DNA of 64,000 nucleotides. It comes from Tubulanus polymorphus. Its lineage: Eukaryota > Animalia > Nemertea. A program made the position numbers and the translations under genes. Every line of letters begins with the position of its first letter. Within the stretch, counting starts at the first letter, position 1. The notes under the pieces were generated by a model that saw only the letters and a list, made by a program, of their open reading frames with translations, did no database searches and was not told the origin of the DNA. The stretch lies in NCBI RefSeq assembly GCF_964204645.1, contig NC_134025.1:10230001-10294000 (forward strand), given 5' to 3'. This document shows, one piece after another, positions 27,144-44,354 of this stretch.

Positions 27144-28288
27144 GGAGTATTATAACAATAAGCTAAATCTCCACTTTGTTTAGAGGATCAAGATTTGATG
27201 AAGTAAAGATTCAACCGATCCAGTTAAACTAAAGTACAAAATAAAATGCATTGCTGCCAGTATAGCGTAGTACTGAAGTAATATATTTTGCTTGATACCC
27301 AATGCATGCATACGTGATGAAAAATCCATGTGATGTGATGTTGAAATGCTAGCAGTCTCTTGAAATGGAATTTTAGTTGACTAAATCCTCACCAGAACAG
27401 AATTAAGACTTAATTTAAAAAAAAACCTTTTATATTTTTCAATGTATAAAAATATATTTCAATTGAAGTACATTATGTAGAAGCAGTTAAAATACCATTA
27501 ATTTTGTTTAATTCAAGAAAAGAAAAATCAATCCTCTTGTAAATCATGAAAATGTTTTGCGTGTAAATAATCAAATCAGTTTCAGGGGGTTTTATAATTT
27601 TCACTGAATACTAAAATATCCTACTTTCAGACTTATACATGTATTAATAATGCTTTCCCATTTCCAAAACAAACATAAACGAAACAGGATGTTATATTCT
27701 TGTATTTTTCATCATTATTGCACTTGACATGAATTATAGGACTTTGACATAAATTATAGGACTATAATAAACAGTAAGCCCATACCAACAAAAGCAAACG
27801 AGATATAGCAATATTTATTACACAATAAAACCTTATATCTCGTCTATCAAGTTCTCCACGCGGACCTAGATTTGACTTATAAGGGAGACGCTATTAACAC
27901 GTTAGTTAAAATTTTGTATGTGGATCATAGTCTATAATCCATGGTATTTCTCTAACCCTTTTGCTGCGAGCGTAGTTGCATTGCAGTGTGCTGGGGTCCC
28001 CAAGTCAAAAAGTTAAAAAGCAATTTAGATCAAATAAAACAATCTATTTTTGATCGGGCCTTATTTATTATGATGTTTCCAGATATTTCCTTGATGAAAA
28101 TAACTAGAAATATCATTACAAAATTCTGACCACCATAAGAATGCGACAGCATCGCAAATGCAATGAGCCATGACCTGGTGCACCAGCCGAACCAACGGGC
28201 AAAAGTATTGGCATCTTTCCGAAAAAGTCAGAACTATGTTGTCTGGTATGCATACCTAAGAGTTATAACGTTGCAGATAAATTTCTTT

Positions 28289-32523
<4,235 letters not shown>

Positions 32524-33539
32524 CTGAACAGAAATAGAAAGAAAATATGAAAATCAATTCGCAAAAATGACCACGAGTTCTATGGCCTTACTTATTGAAG
32601 AAACATATCAAATTTGAATCGCAAGGATAAGACAATATTCTTGGTGGTATGCACTCGACAGGTGGGCAGGTACTACAGATGCATTCAGCCTAAAATCTTT
32701 CAACATGAGCAGATTGACAAAAAAAATCATTCAAGAACTTTCAACCCTCTGGGTATATTGTCGTTACCTGGGCAGTGAGGGGTCATCCAAGAGAATATAA
32801 GAACACCGCATATGGCTGTAAAGGCTATTCTTAAGCAAAGAAGCTTTAGCTAGGCCATCTTTACAGCCACAGTAGGCCTATTGGATGTCGTATGCTATGA
32901 AGGTGGAAGCTCCCTGGTCATTGCCCCATACAATTAGATGACTGACTTGGGCCATATAGGCCTACTGGATTCTATACTGTGACCGTCCACACAGGGCGCC
33001 AGTTTTTCCTAGAGTGTGAAATGGGTACCGGTACGGTACTACTAATCGCCGTTAGATAGCCATTGACATTGTTGTTTTTCCAGTCATTGTAAGGGAATCA
33101 TAATCGGTACATCAATTCAGACTGCAAACGTGAGATACTGCATCGACCGCTCCACCCACCCTCTCATTTCTCTCTCTCTCTGCTGTAGTAGGCCTAGCAT
33201 TAATCGATATTTCACGTCATATGCTGTTTGTTTTCCTTTCTAAACAGCGCACCAAAGTTGAAAAAAGTTTGTTTTTGACATAGCCTGCCTTATATGATAT
33301 GATTGAATGGTGTCTTAGCAAATATGAGAAAACGTAGGCCTAACGTTAATTATTCAGTAACCTGACTGTGGTTTAGTTGCACGATCGGATATTATCACAA
33401 ACCACATCCGATTATAAAAAGCTTACCACCAACGATTAGGTAACTAACTAAACGTATAATATGTATTAGATGTAAGCATGTAAGTAACATATGTAAAATC
33501 AATAAAAAAAGAGAAACATATTATTGACGTCCATGAGGA

Positions 33540-33880
33540 GGCAAGTTGCTGGAGGGTACAAAATCATCTTTATCTAAATTCAAGCCTTCTCATGGTAATA
33601 ACCATGACAATTGCGTTACCGTTTTGAGTTCAATAAACCGAGATTTTGCAGATTATTCGTTTTCTGAGTATTCTTGTGGTGAAATGACAGCTGATGTTTA
33701 TTTTTTGCCCTACCAGATGGCGCTGCGCAAAACTTTAGACCAATCAGATTAGCGGAATTATATCAAAGATGGCGGCCTCCTCCTCCGCGCTAAAAACCCA
33801 AGAAATATCACGATGTTTCTCGGAATTTCCCAAAAGCTGTAGCTTCTGAAGCCGGTTTAAGGCCAGTTAAACTATTGAGG
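33540..33880. promoter_or_regulatory. Bidirectional promoter between SIRT2 and BAHD1
   Basis: CCAAT box (GACCAATCAG ~33739), YY1-type AAGATGGCGGC (~33766) and CAGATGGCG (~33714). Candidate donors at ~33880 (+) and ~33426 (-). Confidence 0.65.
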
Positions 33881-34603
33881 TAATTAATGATTACGTGTAT
33901 CGAAGAATCTGCGCCTGTAGCCTCGATTTTTGCGAACGAAAACGTTAAAATATGTGACCCCGACCCGAAAAGAATATCGATTTTTGTTTACAGATGGCAG
34001 CACCGGCCGGTGCTGATATTCGTCAAAAATGGCGAAACTTGCGTCGATTGACTATTAAAAGATATTTCTTTGTCAAATATCTATGCTTCTATTTGCAAAA
34101 TACTTCGGTTTTAAGTAAGCAAACATTGTCCGCACTTTTGCCTTTTTACTTCCCTGTGACTATCCGAGAGAAGTTGCTACCTCTCGTCTCGCAAATCCAC
34201 GTATCGTTAGTCGTAGACAGCTGTGGGTTACGGTCAGGTTAGGCTCCACTAAATTTACATCACAGGGAGTTAATGAATATCATTGGCATTAGTAGCCAAT
34301 GATTGAATTCAAACTACTAATGCAGTCAAATTATGACGAAAAAACCTAGTTTTCAATTTCGGCACTCTATTTTCCATCATATTTGGGAAATTTGCAATTA
34401 TACAGTGGAACCTCAGAAAGACCACAAGCGACCAGAAAATCAGTTTGTTATAACCGACAGTGCGTTGAAAAATGCAGTTTGAGGATTTAGATTGTCGAAA
34501 CTGGGACGAAATTTGAGTTTTTATTTGATCACGTCTTCCTATTGTTTCAATTCCGGTACCCATTTCCCGCGAAAACTTATAAAACATTTCTTTCCGTTTA
34601 CAG

Positions 34604-35896
34604 ATGAAACCGAATGCGAGAAGTCTGAATGACGTGAAAAATGGCAATACCACGAAAAAGAAAAAAACAAAAGTTGACTACAAAACTAGGCATAACATCG
34701 GCAGCCGACAAGCATCAGACCGAGTGGTCACCTACAGCGAATCCGGACGAAGTATCTACGATTCACCGATATATACCGATTATTCGGAATACGATATCGG
34801 GAATCTCGGATTCAAGGCTTTGAAGTCGCAGACGACGGCTACTCCGTTGAAAAGAGGCCGTACCGGCTCGCGGTCGCAATCGCCGTCGAACAAATTACGA
34901 AAAATTGTCGTCTCCGAAGACGACGATAAATCGTGTAAGCCGTCGAAAGACGAGGGCGTAAAAAGCAAGCAAAACATCGGCCATAATGTAAGCAATTGGA
35001 AGAAACCTGCCGTGAAAAGACAATCAAACAGTGAGACTGCTTCTATCAAAACAGAGCTGAATTCGCCGCTGAAACCGGGAAAGAATGTTCGGTCACGAAG
35101 CGCCGTCAAGAAGGGGTGTAACGCGGAAAAGTCTCCGAAGAAAAAAGGCATCAAACGCGAAAGCCAGTTGGAGGATTGTTTCAAGGAAATCTGTAAAAGC
35201 GTCATACGTTTGGCGAAGTTAGACACGAAAAAAATTAAAAGCAAAAAAGAATCGACAACAAAAGAGAGCGACTCAAAGAACGGATCGGATTGTAAGAACA
35301 ACGACGACGCGGCGAAGAAAATGCAGGCGAAGAAATTGTCGCGCAAGTATAAAAATCTCAAGCCGAAGAAATCGCGCGTGAAACGCGAGGCGAGTCTGAA
35401 CGCGACGGCGATGATGAATCTTCTCTACATGTCGCCGGCGAAGACGAAGCCGTCGAAGAGCAGGGACGCTTCGCCGCAGAAGAGAGAAAACGATAATAGT
35501 AGTAATACGAGTAATAAACCGAGAAATCTCAATTTGTCAACGGTGAAAGTGAAAAAGGAGAATTTGAAGAATGACGCGAAGACGGCGGCAAAATCGCCGG
35601 TTAAACGCTTGAAGCCGACGAAAACGCAGCGACTGAAGCGATCGAGGGAGTTGAAGAGTTTGTTGCCGTGCGGACAAACGATCGACAAGCATTTCATTAA
35701 AACGTTCGACAAGCAGCCGGGCGTTTGGACGCATGAGCGCCGGATCGCAAGCTTGAACGCGCAGGCGATTTTAACGGCGAGTAAAGACATCGATTTCCGC
35801 CGCGAGAAGTACCTGCCATCGACGAAGCATCCGTCGCAGATTGTCGCGAAACATCAGCGCGAAATCGAAAACAAGTCGTCGGCGAATTGTACGTGC

Positions 35897-35933
<37 letters not shown>

Positions 35934-38900
35934 TGTCGACCGTGTCGCGCGAAGTGATCGAAGTCGCGTCGGAAAACGTCATTCAAACGATGCACACGAC
36001 CGTCGAGAAATCGGTGCCCGACGTCTACAAGGTGACGAAGATCACGACGAAGGACAGCATCAAGGGCCACTGGGTGACGCAGCAAGTGCGCAAGAACGGC
36101 GCGCTCGTGCGACGAGGCGAACAGAATACGATCAAGTGGTCGAATAAGAAACTGGTCGAACGGTCGACGGTGACTTCGAGTTCGCGCAACACGGTCAACG
36201 ACACGCTGAAATGCGGCGTCACGAAGAGTCCGGTCGTCGCGCAGCAACAGCAGCAGCAACGGGAGACGACGTCGTTGACGACGGAAACGACGACGAACGT
36301 CGCTCGAGTAACGCCTTGTTCGACCGTTTCCGGATCGCACTCGTCGCTCGTCAATAATTCAACGGCGCCGAACGCGCCACCAGTGGCGCCGCCGGGGCTG
36401 TATCCATACACGCACGGAGCGGCGGCGACGGGAGTCGTGCCCAGCGAAACTCACTGCCAGAGACTTACGATCAACGGGATGGGCAGTATCGGTAATTATT
36501 CGATGCAACAGCCATCGACTATACTCACCTATCCACGAACATACCAGAGTGCATTTGCTACCTGTAATAGTCCTTACTATCAACATGGTAAGTCGGTTTT
36601 TACCATCTGTTATTTTTTCTACCCTACAGAATGTATATGATTTCTAAACATCAACGGGTTTAAAACCCTTTCAGTGCTGACTAATTTATACTTGATAGCA
36701 TTGGATATGATTATAGAATTCTAAAAAATTCCACCCCAGTGCATTGCATAATGGGCATACAGATTTACTTAGGGTGTCTACAATGGTGCGGTATATTGTT
36801 AGTCACTTTCTAATATTTCAGTATGTTTGGCAGCACTCAATAGAGATAAAAACTAATTACTAGTAAAATCAATCTGCGATGTGGTGTACTAGCTAATTCC
36901 ATCACCGATTTATACACCGCACCTTGAAAGGGTTATAGCATTATACTGTAATTCAAAATGTTGACTTGTTCTTGCATCATGTAAATTCATTGCCTAAGTT
37001 CAAGAATCTATAATTCGGGACCCAGTGGATACTTCGTAATCTAGATTAGATTGACTTGGATTATGGTTCAACTGTATTTGAAGCTTTTGAAATAATTTTT
37101 TATGTATGTTTTCAGGTTATTTCCAACCGGCTGGTCCGATGATTCAGACGGTGCCGGAGAGTTACGTCGTTCATCACCCGGTTCCGATACCCGTGTCGCA
37201 GCCCGACATGAAGATCGTCTACCACACGCACGCGAATCAAAATATTCCCCCGGCCGCCGGCATCCAACCGCAACCTCCGCAACAGCCGACCCACCTCATG
37301 ACTCATCAGTACACGTCGAACATTAACCAACCGATACAATCGATGGTGTATAATCCGCAAGTCGAAATCAGTTCGAACCAAATGTATCACCAAAACGCGC
37401 CGGGGCTCGGCCAGCACCCCGGTAATAACTATCCGGCCCCGATTCCGCCGGCCGGGGAGTGTAACTGGGGCTTGGCTCCGTCGGCGACTGCCGCAGAATG
37501 TAACCAATGGCAACAGCAAGCGAATAACGACTGTAACTGGTCGAACGGCGGCAACAACGAGTACTGGCAAATGCCTGCGCCGCCTTCTCAACAACAGAGC
37601 TGCAATTGGCAAGAACCTGGTAACTGGCAACTGCAGAATTCCGAGTACGGGTGGCAACAATCGCAGCCGTCTAGTCAGCATTCGAATTGTAACTGGCAGC
37701 CGGACAACGGTCAACAACAAGCAATGAACTGTAATTGGTCGACGAGCTCGTATCATCAGAGCGGAAATACGGAAGTGTATAACAGTATGCCGGCTGGCTG
37801 TATGATCAACGTATCCGAACCGGCCGAAGCTTCGGCGAAGTCGATGAATTTGAGCGCGGCGGTGGCGGATGCGAAATTTCCCAAACAACAAAATCCATAT
37901 CAACGTCTTCAGCCGACTTGCGTCGATGACGAGTCGAGCGATATCGACATCGACGTCGTCGGTACGGATGAATGTAAGATTCAAACGTGCGCTCGTAAGC
38001 AGAAAGATTCGAATGATTCGAAAACGTCGTCGGAGGCCAAATTAGAAGTACGCGAGCCGACCGATACGCGCGAAAACATAGCTAACAAAACGCAGATGAA
38101 ACCGCTTCGTAACAACGAACCGCTAAAAACCATGACATCGAGCGCGAAACCTATGTTGAATAGTTCGAATATCAAACGAGAGGTGACGAAGAAAGATTCG
38201 TTGAAGGCGTGTTCGAAATCGGTCGTTAAATGCGGCGCCGTCGTCGTCGAATTGAAAAGGACGATTAAGAAAGAGACGGACGATAAGAAATCGTGCGTCG
38301 CACCGCGTAAAACTAATAAATCTCGTACGAAGTTGTTTTTTTCTTCCGCAGCGAAAGACGATGATAATAAGACTCGCGTGAAAAAAGCGAACAACGCCAA
38401 AAAGGAGAAAACGCTCGCGAAAAAGGATACGGGCGCGACGAAGCCGAAACACGACGATGGCGACGAAAAGAAATTGTTGTCGAAGTTGAAAAAGACGGTG
38501 AAGTCGTGTAAGAACAAAATCGCTGAAAAGAAGAACTCGTTGCTGAAAACTTCTCACAATAATATTAAACTACCTCTCGGGCAGAAAACGAAAACCGCGA
38601 ATAAGTCACAAATGCGTACGATATCGTCGGACAAATCTAAGTCAAAAAAGAGCGCCGCGAACAAAGTTGTCGTTCGAACCGATGGATTTAAGTCGAAAGG
38701 CAATAAGACTGAAAAGTCGTCGTCGAAGTCGGCGTCGATGAAAAATACCTGCTCGAATCATCGCAAGTTGGCGACGAAGAAAGTCGTCGGGAAACGGGTA
38801 CGTAAGAAAATCGAATCGATCTGCAAGAAAAACGGCGCGCTCGCGAATAGGAAAACCGTGCACGCTGCGACGAAAAAGGATCTAATTTCTACTGGTAAGA

Positions 38901-40279
38901 AATCGGGAACTGCTGCTGCTGCTGCCTCTGTCAAAAAATCCAAACTCCCATCGATGAAGAAAGTCGCCATAAACGGCGTTAAGAAAAATACTTCGGCGAG
39001 GGTGAAGGAGCTGTCGAATTTAGGCAAGAAAGTCGAGTTGTCTTGTTGGAAGTGGCTCGATCAGCCTGAAACTAAAACGGTGTATCCTGCAGTAAGTTAC
39101 TTCTGGTTGTTTGGCTACTTATATCTTCCCCCATATTGGCAAACGTACCCCATGTATTTGTAACGTCTTCAATTTTCTCTTCTAATGTACAGGTTGATGG
39201 ACCTCCGGTGCAGAAACTTTGTTATTCGGCAATTCAGCATACCGATGGCGATGTTATCAACGTTCGGGATTGCGTTCTCATCAAATCTGGGCCGAGGAAG
39301 AAAGATTTGCCGTATATCGCGAAGATAACGAGCTTCTGGGAGAGCCCAGAGGGTAAGCAATGAAAATGATATGATAATGATCATTTTACACTGCAGACTT
39401 TTAATCAAAAGAGTCCAAATTTGACTTCATTTGTTTCAAGTCAAACGAAGAGTCATTGAAAGTCAAGACTTGGCGTCAGCTTGTAATATGGTAATGTTGT
39501 TCAGACCAAGTTCATAGATACCAATTAGGCAATTCGAGAATTTTACAGACCATGTTTTATAGACCATGCCAAATTGGTACAATTTAAACCAGGCTTATTT
39601 TTACCCAATTAGGGGTTTACCAATTCAGCAAAACCGAGTTTAGTAGGCTAAAGGAAAAAAATTTGTTTATGAAACCACTGAATTAATTGTTTACTGAGAT
39701 AAACAGCACTGAGTTTGATATGAAAATGGTGCAGATACTTCCTCGAAATTTGAAATCTTCCCCTTTAAAACTCCTTACATCTATCTAGAAATGACTGATC
39801 CGTAGGGACCCCGCTGTAGCTACAGTTACTGCGATGTTTTTTAGGTGATATGATGATGAGCCTGCTGTGGTATTATCGACCTGAGCACACTGAGGCCGGA
39901 CGACTAGCCTCGCATATGGCGTGCGAGCTGTTCGCCTCGAGACATCGTGATGAAAACAGTATTGCTTGCATCGAAGACAAATGCTTCGTTTTGACGTTTA
40001 ACCAGTACTGCAGGTGTGTTTTTATGCGTGAAAACCTGGTTTGGGCACTGAACATCTTATCGTTTTGAGTTGAAAATAATTTTCGGTTGGTTCTCTTGCA
40101 GGTACCGTGCGCACTTGAAAATGGAGACTGACTGGCAGCGCAAGCGTCTGCCACCGGTGCCGCATCCGAGCGACATGAAACTAAGCGATCTTCCGACGAG
40201 CTCCGACCCGCAAAACGTCTTCATTTGTCGACGCGTTTACGATTTCCGACAGAAACGTATTCTGAAGAACCCGACATGA
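34604..40279 (+). CDS. BAHD1: Bromo-adjacent homology domain-containing protein 1 (~1488 aa, C-terminal BAH domain)
   Basis: Exons 34604-36587, 37116-39091, 39193-39352, 39845-40013, 40102-40279 total 4467 nt, in frame. C-terminal BAH: [84 protein letters not shown]. Two RxASLNA motifs as recalled from vertebrate BAHD1. Confidence 0.92.
35900..35932 (+). repeat. (AGC)11 coding repeat, poly-Ser in BAHD1
   Basis: agcagcagc... in frame as [11 protein letters not shown]. Confidence 0.9.
36660..36935 (+). mobile_element. piggyBac-like MITE family B copy (BAHD1 intron)
   Basis: ccctttcagtgctgactaat ... tacaccgcaccttgaaagggtta. Confidence 0.8.
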
Positions 40280-41927
40280 CATCGGTAGCGTTTTCACGTG
40301 ATAGAATAGTTCGTATTTTTACTACAAATTCATTCGCGATGACATTTTAGAATTTGATAATCGGCAAGCTGACACGAGATAACCGGTAGTAAAAGTGGAT
40401 TTTTTGGCATTCGAGGCCTGAATTTTCGTGCAAACCCTGATTCTAAGGCGGAGTTCACGTCGAAGTATTTGCTATACGAGCATATTCACAGCCAATTAAA
40501 TATAATTTGCTCTTCAAATGCTGAGATGTCTTTGTTCTACTTAATGTAGGCCTATGTTTTTATTCATCATCACGCTAATGATTTCTATCTACGAAAGACA
40601 GTATACCAGGGTTGAGAAATTCCTGCCTTTTGGCTGTTTTCGCATTTTTGTGATAAGAAATTAAAAAATGGTGGTAAAATTACATAAGTTGGATTAGAAA
40701 ATGTCCACATACAGCACTGGTTGAATTTCCTGACCTGTCAAACAAACACCGAATAGCGTATACTTCAGTATGTGAATCCTGCCTAAGATTGACCTTTTAA
40801 TACGGCGTTTGATACTATAGTTTTCTGTTTATCGGAATTGATGTATGCCTACTCAAATACTAGTCAGATATTTATTGAAATATATAAGTAGAAGAAACCG
40901 ATATCACGAAAGACTTGGCGCGCATCTGGTGGATCCTTCGGCCCGAATGACAGCTTCCCTCAATTGGAACGACAATTATTGTGTATATCGAACAATGCTG
41001 ATTGTGAATATCTCGAAAACTCATTGCACGTATGTAAGAGAAAGTATGAACTCTGTTGCCTTCATTGTTTGACCGTCTTGCATTAACGTCTTCCGTAAAC
41101 GTTAACCGCATGATGCGTACGTGTACGTATCTACTACACAGGTGTGTTTTGAGTCGAATATGTGAAAATTAGATCGAAGATGGAATAGTAAATCTTTCGT
41201 CGATTTGGTCGTGTAATCCATTTTAGCCCCATGGGTCTATTTTCGATTATATATTAATGACAAAAATTAAGCTATTTTTTTTTCTTTTATCTTGCTATTG
41301 AAAATTATGTTTAGACAATTAATCAAGAATGTTATATACCCATGAAATATCGATATGGTAATTAATGTAATTTGCATGGATATTTAACCTCGAATTTTCA
41401 TGACGGTGTAGAGAAATACTTTAAAAAAACCTTGAAAGAAAACTGTACTGGGGCAGTAACATTTATATTTTGACACTGAACTTTTAGCTGACTCTGTTAG
41501 AGTCAGATTCATGAAAGAAAAGAATTACGGTTTAAGCACCTGAAAGTAAGTCAGTGGCTCAGCCAAAGGTTAGACATAGGCTGCAAACGACTCTCTTAAG
41601 GTTCAAGATGTGAAACTGCAACCCGGCCCTGAAATGCTTGAGTACATCATATCAACAGTGAAAGATGATAATACCCGTAATTTCCTGTAGTATTAAGAAT
41701 CCGTTATACAATGAAGGTAATTTATGTAATCTGTGGTTGTCGATGCACAATTGTGATGGGATCAAGTTTTAGCTGTGGTCATTTGTACGTCTATGATTAT
41801 TATGAACTTTCCTCATATCATCATTATTATCATCTGTTTTATGTATACGCTATCAGCTGTGTTCAGAATCTTCAGTCATCATCTACGTTATGAATGTAGT
41901 AGTCCTTACTTATATTTGCATAAGCTC

Positions 41928-41934
41928 ATATATA

Positions 41935-41978
<44 letters not shown>

Positions 41979-41991
41979 TATATATATATAT
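41928..41991. repeat. (TA)n microsatellite
   Basis: About 30 TA units with two interruptions. Confidence 0.95.
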
Positions 41992-42020
41992 TCTTATATA
42001 TTATTAGCTCAGTATTAAGA

Positions 42021-42264
42021 TTAACCCTTTGAATGCGAGCACGTCCACTAGCGGAAAATACCTTTCCTCGTTTAATGGCTGCTTTTACCGGTAGCTGTTT
42101 GCGAGTAAAAGTTGACGAGAAAATGTGTTCCTAACTGAATTCTCAATGGACAATAATGCCTCTGGTATAACGATACCGTACCACAAGGTTGGAAAATGTT
42201 TATAAGGATATAGAAAATGAAAATTTCGCTGCGTAGTTTGGCTGGCTGATGTTCAATGGGTTAA
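42021..42264. mobile_element. Second piggyBac-like MITE (different internal sequence)
   Basis: TTAA|ccctttgaa ... ttcaatggg|TTAA. Confidence 0.65.
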
Positions 42265-42540
42265 CGCCGGTAATATATGGATATTATATTATTATAGCTC
42301 AAAATTTTACCGGTTTCAACGAGGATTTTCGTTGCGTGATAACGTTTGATTTTATTTGAAATACTTTTTTCCGATATGATTACGATATTGCGTACCCCGT
42401 ACGTTAATAGGCACACGGGAGGATGTCATTTAGATTTGAAGATTTTATTCTTTAATTAAAACGAATTGTTTCGGGAGCTGTGTAGGAAGCGAGATGCCTC
42501 CTTTAGTTGTTATTCTATCGTACACAAAATCCAGACTACA

Positions 42541-42834
42541 TTAACCCTTTCGGCGCTGGCTAATTAATACCCTAAAGTGCTGGAGATGATTTTATAATTT
42601 TTGAAAAATTTCAGCCAAGTGTATCAAATAACAGGCATCCACTTTAATGCATCTACACCGCGGTGCAGTGTATCATTAGTTACTTATATCTAGCTGTGTT
42701 TGACAGGTGCAGCCATCTTTCGTTAGAGATAAAAACGTTAACGAATTACATAATACACCGCAGTGCGGTGTACTAGCAAAGTTCATCACCGATTTATACA
42801 CCGCAATGCGGTGTAGACGCACAGAAAGGGTTAA
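42541..42834 (+). mobile_element. piggyBac-like MITE family B copy
   Basis: TTAA|ccctttcggcgc ... gcacagaaaggg|TTAA, colinear with 44440-44736. Confidence 0.88.
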
Positions 42835-44354
42835 AGCTATCGATAACGTGAATGTGTACTGGCCAAGTGGGGAACACTTGGCGGCTGGTTTCAAATGCTA
42901 ATTACAATCATATCACATTATTGAAGTCATTGAAATGATAGGGTTGCTGTGAGTTATTAATCATGATTTTGCTGTGTGAAACACTGGCCGCTAGATTTTG
43001 TTGGAGCCTTCAACTTCATGCGCAGCCTCCAGATATGAACAATCCGATAGAATAGATTGATAGATCCCTAAAAAATTATTCGTGATTTGCTATCATGTAT
43101 GGATACTATATATTTAAAACTACTCTTCACATTCCTGTATACAATCGACAACTGATGTTACTATTATTATATGCATGTTCGTGCGTTTGTGATTTATATG
43201 TGGTTTTCGCGTTCTGTTGTGATGATGATAATTGTTGAGTTTCCTCCGCTTTATGATAAAGAAAATAAGATATTTATCTCGGTCGAAGTGATTCGTGAAT
43301 GGTGTATGTTTTTAAAAAAACGTGTTTTTTGTAGTTTATATGTTATTATTCACTGCTATGTTCGCGTGTAAATTGTTTGCGGTTTTCAAATGATCGAGCA
43401 AATATGGAAATGCAGCGGAAAATTTGCGAACGAAAAGAGTAACTTTAGGAGTTCGATTTATCTCCACCACAAGAAAACTTGCCCGTTGTATAATGGCTAT
43501 CAAGACAAATTTTGTGGATAATTTATAAATGGAAAAACCCGGGCTTAAATAAAACGGCATTTCTGATTGGCTTATATTGACATCATCATTGAGTTAGTCG
43601 ACTATGGTCGAACTAAACACGAATGTCCGTTAGTCGGAACTATATTCCGGAAATAGTTCGAAAATCAAGCGCATTCGGTTATTAGTTCCGACCACTAGTC
43701 GACTAGATACGAAAACCGAATTTGTCCTAAGCTGTGGGGCTAGTGTGGTAGGGTTTCGTACCGTGGCAAGTGGTTAGTTCCAAAGTCGATTGCCTCTGAT
43801 TATCGCGTGCCCAGCATATAGGTATACAACAAATTCTTGAAATTCTTACTCCAATTCATCGTGATGATGACCAATCTCTGCTCGGAATTACGGGTACCCA
43901 AAATTTGCATGTCTCGGGACAACTGATTGTTCCCGCGATATGAAAGGCAAGCGCAGTCAACTATAAGGTTAAGATATCCAGTCAGTTGCTAAAAAGTTAT
44001 AAAGTTAACAGGTGTATAATTGACAATTAAAACCACTTGAAAGTTAGGGTCGAATATTAGGTGCAGTGAGCGTCTTTACTGAAGTTACTCCTTTTCCTTT
44101 GTGGGTTTTTCTACACATTTCTAGAGAGTTACGGTATAGATATGTAGATCGAATTAGCGGGAAGTTTCCCATCACGTTGTATTTAGGAGGTGTGCATTTG
44201 TTTTTTGTGATTTATTTCACATGGTCTCATTAATTTTATTTGAATATTGAATATTTAATCCTAAAGATTATGAAAAATTCATTGAACAATGTATACATTA
44301 TATATGCATGTTATATGATTATAAATTAAAACTGGCGAGAATTATAGCTTACTC

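Noticed and set aside
34780-39027. Long antisense and alternate-frame ORFs (193, 189, 290, 178 aa; poly-Q ORF at 35887)
   Set aside because: Shadows of the GC-rich, low-complexity BAHD1 exons with no recognisable domains.
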